Assembly (NCBI GenBank): GCA_963845325.1 | Contig: CAWJRT010000001.1 | Span: forward strand, 192,486-256,485 | Reading direction: 5' to 3' | Source: an uncultured Spirochaetota bacterium | GTDB taxonomy: Bacteria; Spirochaetota; Spirochaetia; SZUA-6; Fen-1364 | Length of the DNA stretch: 64,000 bases | Shown: piece by piece, positions 30,069-39,986 of the stretch | How the letters are laid out: each line of letters starts with the position of its first letter | Numbering within the stretch: position 1 is the stretch's first letter | The notes under the pieces: model-generated | What the model was told of the DNA's origin: nothing | The model's input: only the letters and a program-made list of their open reading frames with translations | Database searches by the model: none | Made by a program: the position numbers and the translations under genes

Positions 30069-32447
30069 ATGAAAAATGAACAGAGTGAAGAAACTCATAT
30101 GCTGCCACGCCCAGTCCACTCCCTTCTTGGAGCGGGTCTCTGCCTGGGCGCACTTCTTGTGATCAGTTCATGCGAGATGCCTGCAATTACCAAGCCTGGG
30201 GGGAACAGCCAACCCGGCAGCGTTGCAGTGGCTCCGGACACAGCGTCCAGGACCATCGGTTCGGCTGTCAACAATCCGTCGGTGGTGATTGGTGAGCCAA
30301 ACATCCTGTCGACTGACGACTACTATGACGGAAACTATTTGCAAGCCCAGCAGACGAGCCTGGGGCAGTCGGCCACGGTTCAAACCTTGAGCATGTATGT
30401 AACGAGGGTTGCTGGGAAGCTGCGGCTCGGCATCTACGACGCCACCGGCCCAAAGGGAGGCCCTGGGGCGAAGAAGGCTGAGACGAATGAGATCACGCCC
30501 GTCGTCGGGTGGAACACGGCCAGCGTCATCGCTCCGGTCCTGCTACCGGCTGGGAGTTACTGGTTGGCCTACGTCCCCAGCAGCAACTCCCTGCACCTCC
30601 GCTGGACCAACACGGGCACTTCTATGTATTTTTCATATCCCTACGGGCCGATGCCGCAGACTTTCTCAACGCAAACCAGCGGTCTGACCAACCACTGGTC
30701 GTTCTACGCGACCCTTTCGCTGGCAATTGCTGCGAACAATCCTCCGCCTACCGTGGGAACAGCGGCTTCGGCAAGCCCCAACCCGGTCAGCGGAAAGACC
30801 ACCAACGTGAGCGTCATGGGCGCCGATGGCAGTGGTGAAGCCAGCCTCGTCTACACATGGTCAGCGACTGGCCCGAGTGCGGTTTCATTCTCCCCGAACG
30901 CGACCAACGCTGCCAAGAACTCACTCGCCACATTCGCCAAAGCTGGGAATTATGTTCTTCAGTCGGTAATTGCAGACCCACAGGGTCAAACGGCCACAAG
31001 CAGCGTGAATGTGACAGTTACTCAGACCCTCGCCAGCATCACAGTCAATCCTGGGAGCGCGACGGTGGCGACAGGCGCTACCCAGCAGTTCACAGGCTCC
31101 GCGAGCGATCAATTCGCTGGTGCGATGTTGCCTCAGCCCGCATTCGTCTGGACGGTCAGCGGCGGTGGCACGATCAGCTCAACGGGTCTCTTCACCGCCG
31201 CCAGTGCCTCCGGCGGTCCATTCACGGTGACCGCCACGAGCAACTCGCTGCTCGGCACCGCGAACGTGGTCATCAAAAGCAACCCTCCGCCGACCGTGGG
31301 AACAGCGGCTTCGGCAAGCCCCAACCCGGTCAGCGGAAAGACCACCAACGTGAGCGTCATGGGCGCCGATGGCAGTGGTGAAGCCAGCCTCGTCTACACA
31401 TGGTCAGCGACTGGCCCGAGTGCGGTTTCATTCTCCCCGAACGCGACCAACGCTGCCAAGAACTCACTCGCTACATTCGCCAAAGCTGGGAATTATGTTC
31501 TTCAGGCGGTCATTGCAGACCCACAGGGTCAAACGGCCACAAGCAGCGTGAATGTGACAGTTACTCAGACCCTCGCCAGCATCACAGTCAATCCTGGGAG
31601 CGCGACGGTGGCGACAGGCGCTACCCAGCAGTTCACAGGCTCCGCGAGCGATCAATTCGCTGGTGCGATGTTGCCTCAGCCCGCATTCGTCTGGACGGTC
31701 AGCGGCGGTGGCACGATCAGCTCAACGGGTCTCTTCACCGCCGCCAGTGCCTCCGGCGGTCCATTCATGGTGACCGCCACGAGCAACTCGCTGCTCGGCA
31801 CCGCGAACGTGGTCATCACCGGCAACTCCCCCCCGACAGTTCAGAATTATGGCACGAGTTTCCCTCTCACAGAAGACCCGATATCCGAAAGCGGAAACTG
31901 GATCAATGGTGGGGTTGTCGGTTTGGATTGGAATAATGTCCTCACCACAACCGGACTCGCTCAAGGTCAAAGTCCCAGTTCCGCAGCCTATAGTGATCCC
32001 ACTGCCTTGTTGGCAGGCACGTGGGGGCCGAATCAAACGGTGCAAGCTACGGTGTATTCCATAAATCAGAATGCAAATTATTATCAGGAGGTTGAGCTTA
32101 GGCTGCGCAGCAGACTTTCGGCACACAACTGCACTGGATATGAGATCAATTTCAGGTGTCTGCAGACCTCAGATGCATATATGCAAATCGTCAGATGGAA
32201 TGGTGCACTAGGCAGCTTCACCTACGTTTCCTCGTATAATGGCGCCCAGTACGGGGTCGCCAGTGGGGATGTTGTTAAGGCGACTATTATTGGAAATGTA
32301 ATCAACGTGTATAAAAACGGCATACTGATTGGGACTGGTACAGACAGCACATATGCGACAGGGAATCCAGGCATAGGATTTGATTTTGGTTGCGGTTCAA
32401 CTTATACGGATTTCGGGTTTACCAACCTTACCGCCTCTTCTCCCTGA
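30069..32447 (+). CDS. secreted multi-domain surface protein: DUF4082-like N-domain, 2 x (Ig-like + Big_2) modules, C-terminal lectin/jelly-roll-like domain
   Basis: AGGAGG RBS and a signal/TM segment LLGAGLCLGALLVISSC. Big_2-type ITVNPGSATVATGATQQFTGSASDQ...VTATSNSLLGTANVVI occurs twice. Intact, 792 aa. Confidence 0.8.
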   Translation: MKNEQSEETHMLPRPVHSLLGAGLCLGALLVISSCEMPAITKPGGNSQPGSVAVAPDTASRTIGSAVNNPSVVIGEPNILSTDDYYDGNYLQAQQTSLGQSATVQTLSMYVTRVAGKLRLGIYDATGPKGGPGAKKAETNEITPVVGWNTASVIAPVLLPAGSYWLAYVPSSNSLHLRWTNTGTSMYFSYPYGPMPQTFSTQTSGLTNHWSFYATLSLAIAANNPPPTVGTAASASPNPVSGKTTNVSVMGADGSGEASLVYTWSATGPSAVSFSPNATNAAKNSLATFAKAGNYVLQSVIADPQGQTATSSVNVTVTQTLASITVNPGSATVATGATQQFTGSASDQFAGAMLPQPAFVWTVSGGGTISSTGLFTAASASGGPFTVTATSNSLLGTANVVIKSNPPPTVGTAASASPNPVSGKTTNVSVMGADGSGEASLVYTWSATGPSAVSFSPNATNAAKNSLATFAKAGNYVLQAVIADPQGQTATSSVNVTVTQTLASITVNPGSATVATGATQQFTGSASDQFAGAMLPQPAFVWTVSGGGTISSTGLFTAASASGGPFMVTATSNSLLGTANVVITGNSPPTVQNYGTSFPLTEDPISESGNWINGGVVGLDWNNVLTTTGLAQGQSPSSAAYSDPTALLAGTWGPNQTVQATVYSINQNANYYQEVELRLRSRLSAHNCTGYEINFRCLQTSDAYMQIVRWNGALGSFTYVSSYNGAQYGVASGDVVKATIIGNVINVYKNGILIGTGTDSTYATGNPGIGFDFGCGSTYTDFGFTNLTASSP
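30738..31823 (+). repeat. in-frame tandem duplication, 2 x 543 bp, about 98% identical
   Basis: Copy 1 is 30738-31280 and copy 2 is 31281-31823, an offset of exactly 543 nt (181 codons). I count about nine mismatches. Confidence 0.95.
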
Positions 32448-32465
32448 TCGGCTCATCTGAGACCG

Positions 32466-32498
32466 CCCTGCAAATCGAGACCATTACGATTCGCAGGG
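32466..32498 (+). terminator. stem-loop downstream of the Ig-like gene (no U-tract)
   Basis: CCCTGCAAATCG-agaccatta-CGATTCGCAGGG, 11 of 12 bp paired. Confidence 0.35.
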
Positions 32499-32617
32499 CC
32501 CGCGAGCGGTAAGGATAGAGACCCCCATGCCTGTTGAGGCTTGCATCATTATCGGACGACCCGGGTGCATGTGGTCTTTGCACTTGTGTCAACGCGCGTC
32601 GCGATAGTTCGCGCGCG

Positions 32618-33715
32618 TTACCATCTTTCTATGACATCCGCAATGAGCCGACAAAATGACGTATCCCCGTTCGGCGGTACCTGGTCGGCGCTCCCGACAA
32701 TGAGCCGACCGTCTCTGCCCAGCGTGTCCAGCAGAAGGGTCGTGTGACGCCGGATGTCATCCTCTGCCCATGGCGTGCAGAACATGGCCCCCGGGACGCC
32801 GCCCCAGATTATCGTGTTCGCGTTCCCCGCCAGTGCTCGAAGCTCTTCGATATTCACGTCCCCCACCGGAGCCGGCGTGATGGCCTCCACTGCGTCGAAG
32901 CCGCAGCTTGCCAGCCGGGGCAGGAGGCCACGGACACGGCCGTCCAGGTGGACGGCGGCGAATTTGCCCGCGGCATGCAGCTGCGCCACTCGTTTCTCGT
33001 AGTAGCTGCGCATCCAGTGATCGAAGTAAGGAGTCGACGCGCTGCTGTCCAGGTTGTCGCAGAAGTGGACGAGCTCGCATGGGGACGCAACGAGGGCTTC
33101 AAAAGCTGCGTCGTTCGCCTTGTCGATCGTACCGAGAACTTCACCGACCATGTCTCCATGATCGGCTGCCAGGAACACCGTACCCTCGACTCCGCACCAG
33201 TCGACCAGCAGGGCGGGAAGTGGGCTGCGCGGAGCCGGGGCCATCGGCAGCCCCGCGGCACCGATCCATGCGTCCATTCGCGGGTAGATGTCGGGGCAGG
33301 CCCGGAAGCAGGTCCGTTCGCATAGATCGCGCAAAACGCGGAGATCTGCGCGGCTCTTCACCGCGTAACCGTCATGAGCCCAGCATCGTGAGGGCTCCAG
33401 GTAACGCCAATGTTCGGTGATGATCCCGCTGGGGGTCCGCCAGGATTTGATCCGCTCGTCGGACGATTCAGAGGCTTTGAAATCGACACCGGTGAAGCCG
33501 TGCTCGAAAATACGCGAAGAATAATCGTAGTAACAGCACACGCCGAGCTCCTCGTGCAGGAGCCGAAAGCCCTCCGCGCCGCGGTAGCGCTTCTCAAGCG
33601 TTCCGGCAGAGGCTGCCGCCTCATACCAGTAGCTCAGATCCGCGAGCCATGCGGGTCGGTCAGGCTTCACGCCGCGAAAAGGGGCAAGGAGCCTCTGGCG
33701 TTGGGTCATCTGCAT
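32618..33715 (-). CDS. URO-D (uroporphyrinogen decarboxylase/MT2) family protein, paralog 1
   Basis: MQMTQRQRLLAPFRG...AAVHLDGRVRGLLPRLASCGFDAVEAI...LIVGSADQVPPNGD. Intact, 365 aa. Confidence 0.75.
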   Translation of the reverse strand: MQMTQRQRLLAPFRGVKPDRPAWLADLSYWYEAAASAGTLEKRYRGAEGFRLLHEELGVCCYYDYSSRIFEHGFTGVDFKASESSDERIKSWRTPSGIITEHWRYLEPSRCWAHDGYAVKSRADLRVLRDLCERTCFRACPDIYPRMDAWIGAAGLPMAPAPRSPLPALLVDWCGVEGTVFLAADHGDMVGEVLGTIDKANDAAFEALVASPCELVHFCDNLDSSASTPYFDHWMRSYYEKRVAQLHAAGKFAAVHLDGRVRGLLPRLASCGFDAVEAITPAPVGDVNIEELRALAGNANTIIWGGVPGAMFCTPWAEDDIRRHTTLLLDTLGRDGRLIVGSADQVPPNGDTSFCRLIADVIERW

Positions 33716-33815
33716 CGTGCGCGTCCCTCTTTGGCTTTGCTCCGGGGCCAATTCTACCTCGCCGCGTGGTGAACGCACAGAGCCTTTTCGTCGCACGGAG
33801 CCGGCACGCATAGGC

Positions 33816-33845
33816 TTGCGGCCCTCCGCAACCAGAGCGTATAGT
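33816..33845 (+). promoter_or_regulatory. promoter TTGCGG-18-TATAGT
   Basis: TATAGT 33840-33845 ends 8 nt before ATG 33854 and there is no Shine-Dalgarno. Confidence 0.35.
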
Positions 33846-33853
33846 CCGAATCT

Positions 33854-35338
33854 ATGAGCACACTGCGAGCAGACACGCTGAAAGCTGGATGGGGAACTGC
33901 TGACATTACTCCGCGGAGAACTGCATATTTGTACGGGCAGTACTACCAGAGGGTGTCGCGCTCCGTCCGCGATCCCCTGACAGTGACCGCACTTGCTCTC
34001 GAGCAGGGATGTGCGGACCGGGCTTCTGGGCAGGCAATCGTCATATCCTGTGATCTTCTGGAGGTCGGCCGCGGGGTGCTGGCGGAAGTGCGACTGCGCC
34101 TGGAACGCGAGATCCCGGATTTCGACAGCTCCCGCCTGGTGGTCAGCGCTACCCACACGCACTGCGCACCCGCCGCGGACGACCCGCTGAAGTGGTGGGA
34201 ACACGACCCGGCCCATCTGCCCATGGAAGAGTTCCGATCGCTGCTCGTTGATTCCCTCGTGGCCGCCGCGGTGGGCGCGTGGAAGAGCCGGTTGGACACG
34301 CACCTCGGCGCCGCTTCCGGCCTCGCGTCAATCGGTCATTGCCGCCGCCCGCTCTACCTCGACGGGAGCTCCGAGATGTACGGGACGACCGATCGTCCCG
34401 ATTTCATCGGCATGGAGGGCGGGAAAGACGACACCGTGGGCGTGGTTGGTGCCTGGACACTGAACGGTGAACTGACAGGCCTGGTCGTGAACGTGGTCTG
34501 TCCGGCCCAGGTCATGGAAGCCACGTACGTGGTCACGGCGGACATGTTCGGCGAAATGCGCAGACGGCTGCGCGAGCGCCTTGGAGCAGGGGTGAGCGTC
34601 CTTTGCCATGTCGGTGCGGCCGGGGACCAGGCCCCGCGTGACCTGACGCGGCCGTATACCGGCGGACCCACCTACTGGGACGAACCGGGCCTCATGGAGC
34701 TCGGCGGGAGGCTTGCCGACTCCGTGATGCAGGCGCTGCCGCGGGCCCAGGCCGCGCGAAGGGGAGGCATTCCGGTTCGACACGCGGTCTGCACGCCGCG
34801 GCTTCCCGTTCGAATGGTGACGCCCGGAGAGTACGCCCGCGCCGTGTCGGAACTGGCATCCCTGGTCGCCCGGGAACCGGCCGATCCCTGTTCTCCGGCT
34901 TCTGCCTTCGCGCGTTTCACGCAAAAGGTCAGGGAAAAGGAAAAGCTCACTATTCCCGGGCCATACGACGACAAGAACGACGATTTCGTCCTGATGCGCA
35001 ATCTCGAAGCGACCGTGAACCGCTTCCACGCCCAGCGCGAGAAGCCATGGTACGCCGCGGAGCTGCACGTGCTCCGGCTGGGCGATGTCGCACTGTCCAC
35101 AAGCCCCTTCGAGCTGTTCCTTGACTACGGTCTGCGCATCCGTGCTCGGAGCCCCGCGGCACTGACCCTCCACGCCGAGCTCTCGTGTGACGAAGCGGGG
35201 TACCTGCCGACTGCCCGGGCCGTTGCAGCGGGGGGGTACGGCGCTCTGGTCGCAAATGGATTCATCGGCCCGGAGGGCGGGCAGATGCTCGTCGAGTCCA
35301 TCCTGGCCGAGATTGACCGGCTCTTCGAGCCGGCCTGA
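33854..35338 (+). CDS. neutral/alkaline ceramidase-like family protein, paralog 1
   Basis: AGWGTADITP...VRDPLTVTALAL...VVSATHTHCAPA matches the N-terminal pattern of the non-lysosomal ceramidase fold. Intact, 494 aa. Confidence 0.65.
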   Translation: MSTLRADTLKAGWGTADITPRRTAYLYGQYYQRVSRSVRDPLTVTALALEQGCADRASGQAIVISCDLLEVGRGVLAEVRLRLEREIPDFDSSRLVVSATHTHCAPAADDPLKWWEHDPAHLPMEEFRSLLVDSLVAAAVGAWKSRLDTHLGAASGLASIGHCRRPLYLDGSSEMYGTTDRPDFIGMEGGKDDTVGVVGAWTLNGELTGLVVNVVCPAQVMEATYVVTADMFGEMRRRLRERLGAGVSVLCHVGAAGDQAPRDLTRPYTGGPTYWDEPGLMELGGRLADSVMQALPRAQAARRGGIPVRHAVCTPRLPVRMVTPGEYARAVSELASLVAREPADPCSPASAFARFTQKVREKEKLTIPGPYDDKNDDFVLMRNLEATVNRFHAQREKPWYAAELHVLRLGDVALSTSPFELFLDYGLRIRARSPAALTLHAELSCDEAGYLPTARAVAAGGYGALVANGFIGPEGGQMLVESILAEIDRLFEPA

Positions 35339-35403
35339 GCGGGGGCGCCGGCCGCGGGCTCGGCCGACGCCGGCTCAGTCGCCACGGGCGCAGCAGCTGG
35401 GGC

Positions 35404-36735
35404 TCAGCCGCCGCGGGACTGCCAGAGAAGCTTGACGGCGGCTTCCACCAACTGCTCTCCGGATCTCCCCGTGAGCAGCGAGGCTCCTGTCTCGTAGCCT
35501 CCCTGCGAGTACGCCTGGGACGTACACGCGTACCCCGGCAGGCACCCGTTGGCCAACTCGATCACGAACGTCCTGTTGAACGGCGCGCGATACTGGATGG
35601 TGATCCCGAACTCCACGAACAGCTCACCCGGCAGCCCGACCACCCGCGCCTCACCGATCCCGATCATCTGGACCTCAGCGGGGACCTCGTCGTACAGCAA
35701 TGACAGGCGTTCTCCACGTTCCCTGACGCGCACGTACCCGAGGGTGTCTTCTGCGCCGAGGAACCGCAGCTCCGCGTTCCAGATGTCCCTTTCCACTGTG
35801 CTCTCGGCTTTCGCTTTTTGCCAAGTGGCGCGCGTGATCTCCACTGCCTTCTCGGCGTCTGCGAGGGAGGGGAGAACCCTGGTCTCGATCTCCGTCTCAA
35901 CGGACCTCACCGAAAGCGCGGCATCCGTGCGGAACTCCATCCCTTCCAGGACGCGCGCAGCTTCTTCGCCGATTGCAGAGCCCACACGAACGGCTTCCGC
36001 GTACGTCTTTCCGCTGCGGAAATACCGGGGGCTCTGGTTTCCCGAGCACCCCTGAGCGAAGAGCAGCGTCACCCCCGGCGCGCGGGCGGCGAGATGCTTC
36101 CTGATGCACCCGGGATAGTCTGCGGAAACCTGCAGGTTGTCCGAGTGCAGGAACGTGGGGTGCAGGGCATATTTCACCAGGCAGCCGCGCGTTCTTCCCG
36201 CGGCATCGCGCACGCCAATGACCCACACCTCGGGGTCCGCGATGCCGTTCGGGTCGCGCCGGTTTCCCCCGACCCCGTTGTCCCGGCCGCAATATCCCTT
36301 CTCCACGCCCACGGCGGCGTCGAACCTGTTCTCCCAGGCTTCCTTCACGAGCGCGGCCAGCTTCTGTCTCAGGTCCGACATGAACCCGGCATCCGGCGTC
36401 AGGGCCTCCTCCAGGCCCTCCATGTCGAGTCTTCCTGACCCCCAGGGGCCGGAGTGCGTGTGGGAGCAGGTGATCATGATGTTGCTCGCGGGGATGGGCG
36501 CCTGCCGGGCGATCTGCTCCCGGGCGGCGGCGACTTCCTTCTTGGAGTACATCAGGAGGTCCATGGAAACGAAAGCGAGCCTCGTGGCGCCGTCATCCAG
36601 GCAGATACAGGCCGCATGCAGCGGGTCGTGGACCCCGGTGTTATGCCGGGGATGGTGGGGGTAGCCCGCCAGCTCGAGGCCGGGACCGGGAGAAATATCG
36701 ACCAGTGAAACTCCTGCCTGCAGCCGGTGTGCCAT
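35404..36735 (-). CDS. neutral/alkaline ceramidase-like family protein, paralog 2
   Basis: AGVSLVDISP...VHDPLHAACICL...ITCSHTHSGPWG. Intact, 443 aa. Confidence 0.65.
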   Translation of the reverse strand: MAHRLQAGVSLVDISPGPGLELAGYPHHPRHNTGVHDPLHAACICLDDGATRLAFVSMDLLMYSKKEVAAAREQIARQAPIPASNIMITCSHTHSGPWGSGRLDMEGLEEALTPDAGFMSDLRQKLAALVKEAWENRFDAAVGVEKGYCGRDNGVGGNRRDPNGIADPEVWVIGVRDAAGRTRGCLVKYALHPTFLHSDNLQVSADYPGCIRKHLAARAPGVTLLFAQGCSGNQSPRYFRSGKTYAEAVRVGSAIGEEAARVLEGMEFRTDAALSVRSVETEIETRVLPSLADAEKAVEITRATWQKAKAESTVERDIWNAELRFLGAEDTLGYVRVRERGERLSLLYDEVPAEVQMIGIGEARVVGLPGELFVEFGITIQYRAPFNRTFVIELANGCLPGYACTSQAYSQGGYETGASLLTGRSGEQLVEAAVKLLWQSRGG

Positions 36736-36765
36736 GAACCACCTCTTTCCGTCAAATTGCGGAAG

Positions 36766-38248
36766 CTACTCCTGCCGCAGGAGTCTCCCGCTGAGTTCCT
36801 GGAACTCCGCATACATGTGGTCGTAATGGTCCGCGCGATGCGCCCTCGGCTCATGGGAGGTTCGCACCGACAGATGGATGAAAGCCTCCTCCAGCCGTTC
36901 GAAGACTCTGCTCCCGAGGCCGGCAAGGATGGCGGCGCCCACGGATGCCGATTCGGGGGTGGCCATTGCGCTCACCGGACGCTTGAGCACGTCCGAGATG
37001 ATCCCGCACCAGACGTCGCTGCGCGAGCCGCCGCCGAAGATGCGCAGCCCCTCCACGGGCCGGGAGATGCTTTCCATCACCTCGAGGTTTGCCCGCACGA
37101 GGTAGGCGATTCCCTCATAGATGCTGCGCACGATCTGGCCGGGCGTGGTGGAGAGGTCCAGGCCGTGCAGGGTCCCGCGCGCGTCCGGATCGTGGAACGG
37201 TCCGGACGCCCCCGAGAAGAAGGGGAGCAGGAGCGGTGCATGGGCCCGGTCTCCCGCCTCGTCGGCAAGGCGGTTCAGTTCCGCGTCGTCGATGCCGGGA
37301 AGGAATACCTGCCTCGCCCAGTCCAGGATGCTGCAGCAGACCGCTGAACCTTCCAGCACCCAGCGGCCCGGCAGCAGGTCCGTGAAGCAGGGTATGCGCA
37401 TCTTCGGATCGATCACCGGGCTCTCGCATTTCTGCGTGATTGCCATGGCCGTGCCCAGGGAGATGGTGCAGATGCCCAGGTCGATACCGGCTCCGAGGGC
37501 GGCCACCTTCTGGTCCTGGCCGCCCATGATCACGCGGACATCCCGCGCGAGACCCAGGGCATCCGCTGCGTCGGCCCGCAGGGAGCCGATCTGCGTTCCG
37601 CCCCATTGGAGCCCGGGAAGCATGGTGCCGTCCAGGTCGAAGGCGTCCAGGATCGACGTCGACCACCGCTGCCCGGTGATGTCGTAAAGCATCGTCCCCG
37701 ACGCCATGGTGTGGTCGGTCGCATATTCGCCGGTAAGCCGGGCGATGATGAAATCCAGTGGCATGAGGATGCGCCGGCATTTTTTCCACTTCGACGGCTC
37801 GTTCTTTCGAAACCAGAGGAGCTTGGGCAGGAGGTACACCTCGTGACACCGCTTGCCCGGTGATGCCGAAGATCCGCTCTTCACCGAGCGTCTCCTCGAG
37901 AAGCCGCCTCTCGGCCGTGGCGCGGGTGTCCAGCCAGCTGAACCCGGGGCGGAGCGGCGTTCCCCTGCCGTCCACCGGGACGAAGGAGATGCCCTGGGAG
38001 CTGACGCCGACCCCGTGTACCTGGCTGGCATCACAACCGGGAGCATGGAGTGCCTCGCGCACCACTTCCTTGACCGCGGACCACCACTCCTCTGCGTCCT
38101 GCTCGATCTCGGTCCCCGACAGGGTGGCAAGAGAAAGGTGCCGCGCGGCGGCGGAGACGGGCTTCAGCTCCTGGTCGAACACCATCGCCTTGCAGACGGT
38201 GGTTCCCAGGTCGATCCCCACCAGGAGTGACCGCGCGCCGACGCCCAC
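36766..38248 (-). pseudogene. FGGY-family carbohydrate kinase (xylulokinase-like), frameshift near 37856
   Basis: ORF 37115..38248 N-terminus LLVGIDLGTTVCKAMVFD...GVGVSSQG...ERIFGITG joins ORF 36766..38130 (KRCHEVYLLPKLLWF...GGQDQKVAALGAG...IFGGGSRSDVW). Confidence 0.8.
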
Positions 38249-38251
38249 TTC

Positions 38252-39301
38252 TCATTCTCCCCGGAGCCGGGCCAGCTCCTGGAGCACAAAGGGCACCGTC
38301 CGCTGCCATGACGGTGGAACCTCTTCACTGATCATCATGCAGTATCGGTGCTGCGCTCCTGCGGTCATCGCGCGGAGCGCGGCCCTCATCTCCTCGCTGC
38401 TTCGCGAATACCAGCCGAGGTTGGGGTGAAGCCAAAGGAACACGCGCGGCCACAGTGCACGGGCTTCTGCCGCGGAAAGGTCCCCTTCCGGCGGGCCGGT
38501 GAGCGAATCGATGCCGGCAAAGGGAAGGGCGGCGATCTCATGCGCGATGGGCCGCAGCCTGCCGTCGTAATGGACATGGATCCCCTTGCCGGTGTCTTCC
38601 AGGAGCGCGAACAGCCGTTGATACAGCGGAACGAGGAAGCGCCGGTAGAGGTCAGGCCCCATGGTTTCGATGCTGAGGTTCTCCCAGAGCTTGATCATTA
38701 CCGCGCGGCTTGACCGGACCAGGCGGAACTTTTCCACCACGCGCTCGTTCATCAGCTCGATGAGGTCCAGGAGACTCCGCTCCTCCCCGGCGAGATCGAG
38801 GGAGAACCGCTCCAGGCCCGCGCAGTCAATCTGCACCGCCTGCAGCGGTGTGCGGCATTCCAGCGTTTCCTCGGCGAGCTGCCCCATGGTGACCCCGCGC
38901 GGACCAACGGCGGCCTCCGAACGGTCGAAGGCCTCGTCGGTGGCCGTGAACCGCGTGCCCTCGATCGCGCGGGCCAGCACGCGATAGTCGGCGGCGGACT
39001 TCACCAGGTACTCCTGCCGCCACTCGCCTCGGTACCACTCGTGAAGCTCGCCGATGTCGGTGATCCAGCGCACATCCCGCCGCGGGCCCCCCGCGTCCGC
39101 TGATTCTGTCTCGATGATCTGCGCATGCGGGTATTGAACGCGCAGGAGCGGGGCGTGTGCGATTTCACCGAGGCCACGGTCGAAAAGGCTGGACCAGTCG
39201 ATGCGCCGGTTCTTCACAAACCAGTCGTACACGGCGTACACCGGTGCATCCGCCGGTTCCCCGGCAAGGGCGCCCAGAAGTCTCTCCCTGATCGTCGCCA
39301 T
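38252..39301 (-). CDS. URO-D family protein, paralog 2
   Basis: MATIRERLLGALAGEPADAPVY...IHVHYDGRLRPIAHEIAALPFAGIDSL...MMISEEVPP. Intact, 349 aa. Confidence 0.7.
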   Translation of the reverse strand: MATIRERLLGALAGEPADAPVYAVYDWFVKNRRIDWSSLFDRGLGEIAHAPLLRVQYPHAQIIETESADAGGPRRDVRWITDIGELHEWYRGEWRQEYLVKSAADYRVLARAIEGTRFTATDEAFDRSEAAVGPRGVTMGQLAEETLECRTPLQAVQIDCAGLERFSLDLAGEERSLLDLIELMNERVVEKFRLVRSSRAVMIKLWENLSIETMGPDLYRRFLVPLYQRLFALLEDTGKGIHVHYDGRLRPIAHEIAALPFAGIDSLTGPPEGDLSAAEARALWPRVFLWLHPNLGWYSRSSEEMRAALRAMTAGAQHRYCMMISEEVPPSWQRTVPFVLQELARLRGE

Positions 39302-39336
39302 GGTTTCTTCCGGTGGGACGCCGCGCGCCGGCGGCC

Positions 39337-39829
39337 TCAGGAACCCTTGAAGTTGCCCCCGATGGGGATCCGGGAATTCGCGAAGTAGTTGTCGTCGAGG
39401 AGGCATGGCTGGGACACCTCCAGGAGGAGTGCGGGGCCGATTCCCCGAAAGCTGTGCGGCGCCCCCGGGAGGATGGTCTGCACCTCTCCCGGGTTCATGA
39501 CCCGGTCCCCGCCGTCCACTGTCATTCGGACTTTTCCGTGCACGACGTAGAATGTCTCGTGCTTCATGCGGTGGTGGTGAGCGGGGCAGGTTTGACCGTC
39601 GAAGACGAAAAGGAACTTGCCGCAGTATCCCGCCGTTGTCTCGTTGGCAACCCAGCATTCGATCAGGCCGTCGCGCCGGAAATCCCCCAGGCCGAAATCC
39701 TGGACGATCGCCTCTGCCCGGTGGCATCGTGACATGCCAGTCGGCGAGGCAGGCTTCGAATTCCCTGACCGCCTGCTCTCGCGCCGGCCCGGTGAGCGAA
39801 ATTGCAAGTACTTTTCCCAGTTCATCCAT
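39337..39829 (-). pseudogene. D-lyxose/D-mannose isomerase-like cupin, frameshift near 39718
   Basis: MDELGKVLAISLTGPAREQAVREFEACLADWHVTMP (frame of ORF 38252..39829) joins AEAIVQDFGLGDFRRDGLIECWVANETTAGYCGKFLFVFDGQTCPAHHH...LLEVSQPCLLDDNYF (ORF 39337..39969). Confidence 0.65.
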
Positions 39830-39986
39830 GCCGCTTCTCCTCGGGAATGATAGGAGCGCGACGGACCAATGTCAACGAGCGTGAGCGGCGCGGCGTGCTC
39901 GGCTTGCTTGTCCCGGGCCGCTGTGCCGGCTTGCGATCCTCGCTTGCGTCGCGCGGCTGTCTTCCACACGGGAGGCGACCCGTCCT

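Noticed and set aside
30738-32447. Diversity-generating retroelement (template/variable repeat) hypothesis for the repeated Ig-like gene with a lectin-like C-terminus
   Set aside because: The mismatches between the copies are not adenine-specific (t/c, t/g, c/t, a/c changes). The repeats are in-frame tandem modules of one gene, and no reverse transcriptase is present in the window.
29668-32617. Classical integrase-mediated genomic island at tRNA-Arg
   Set aside because: I found no integrase or recombinase ORF and no direct repeat of the tRNA-Arg 3' end (TTCGAGTCAGGCTGGACGCG) at the right boundary. Only compositional evidence remains, and that is reported as such.
39897-39950. Three short GCTTGC-containing direct repeats in the divergent promoter region between the catabolic and transporter operons
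   Set aside because: The elements are 7-8 nt at irregular spacing (27 and 14 nt) in GC-rich DNA, too weak to call a binding site without comparative data.
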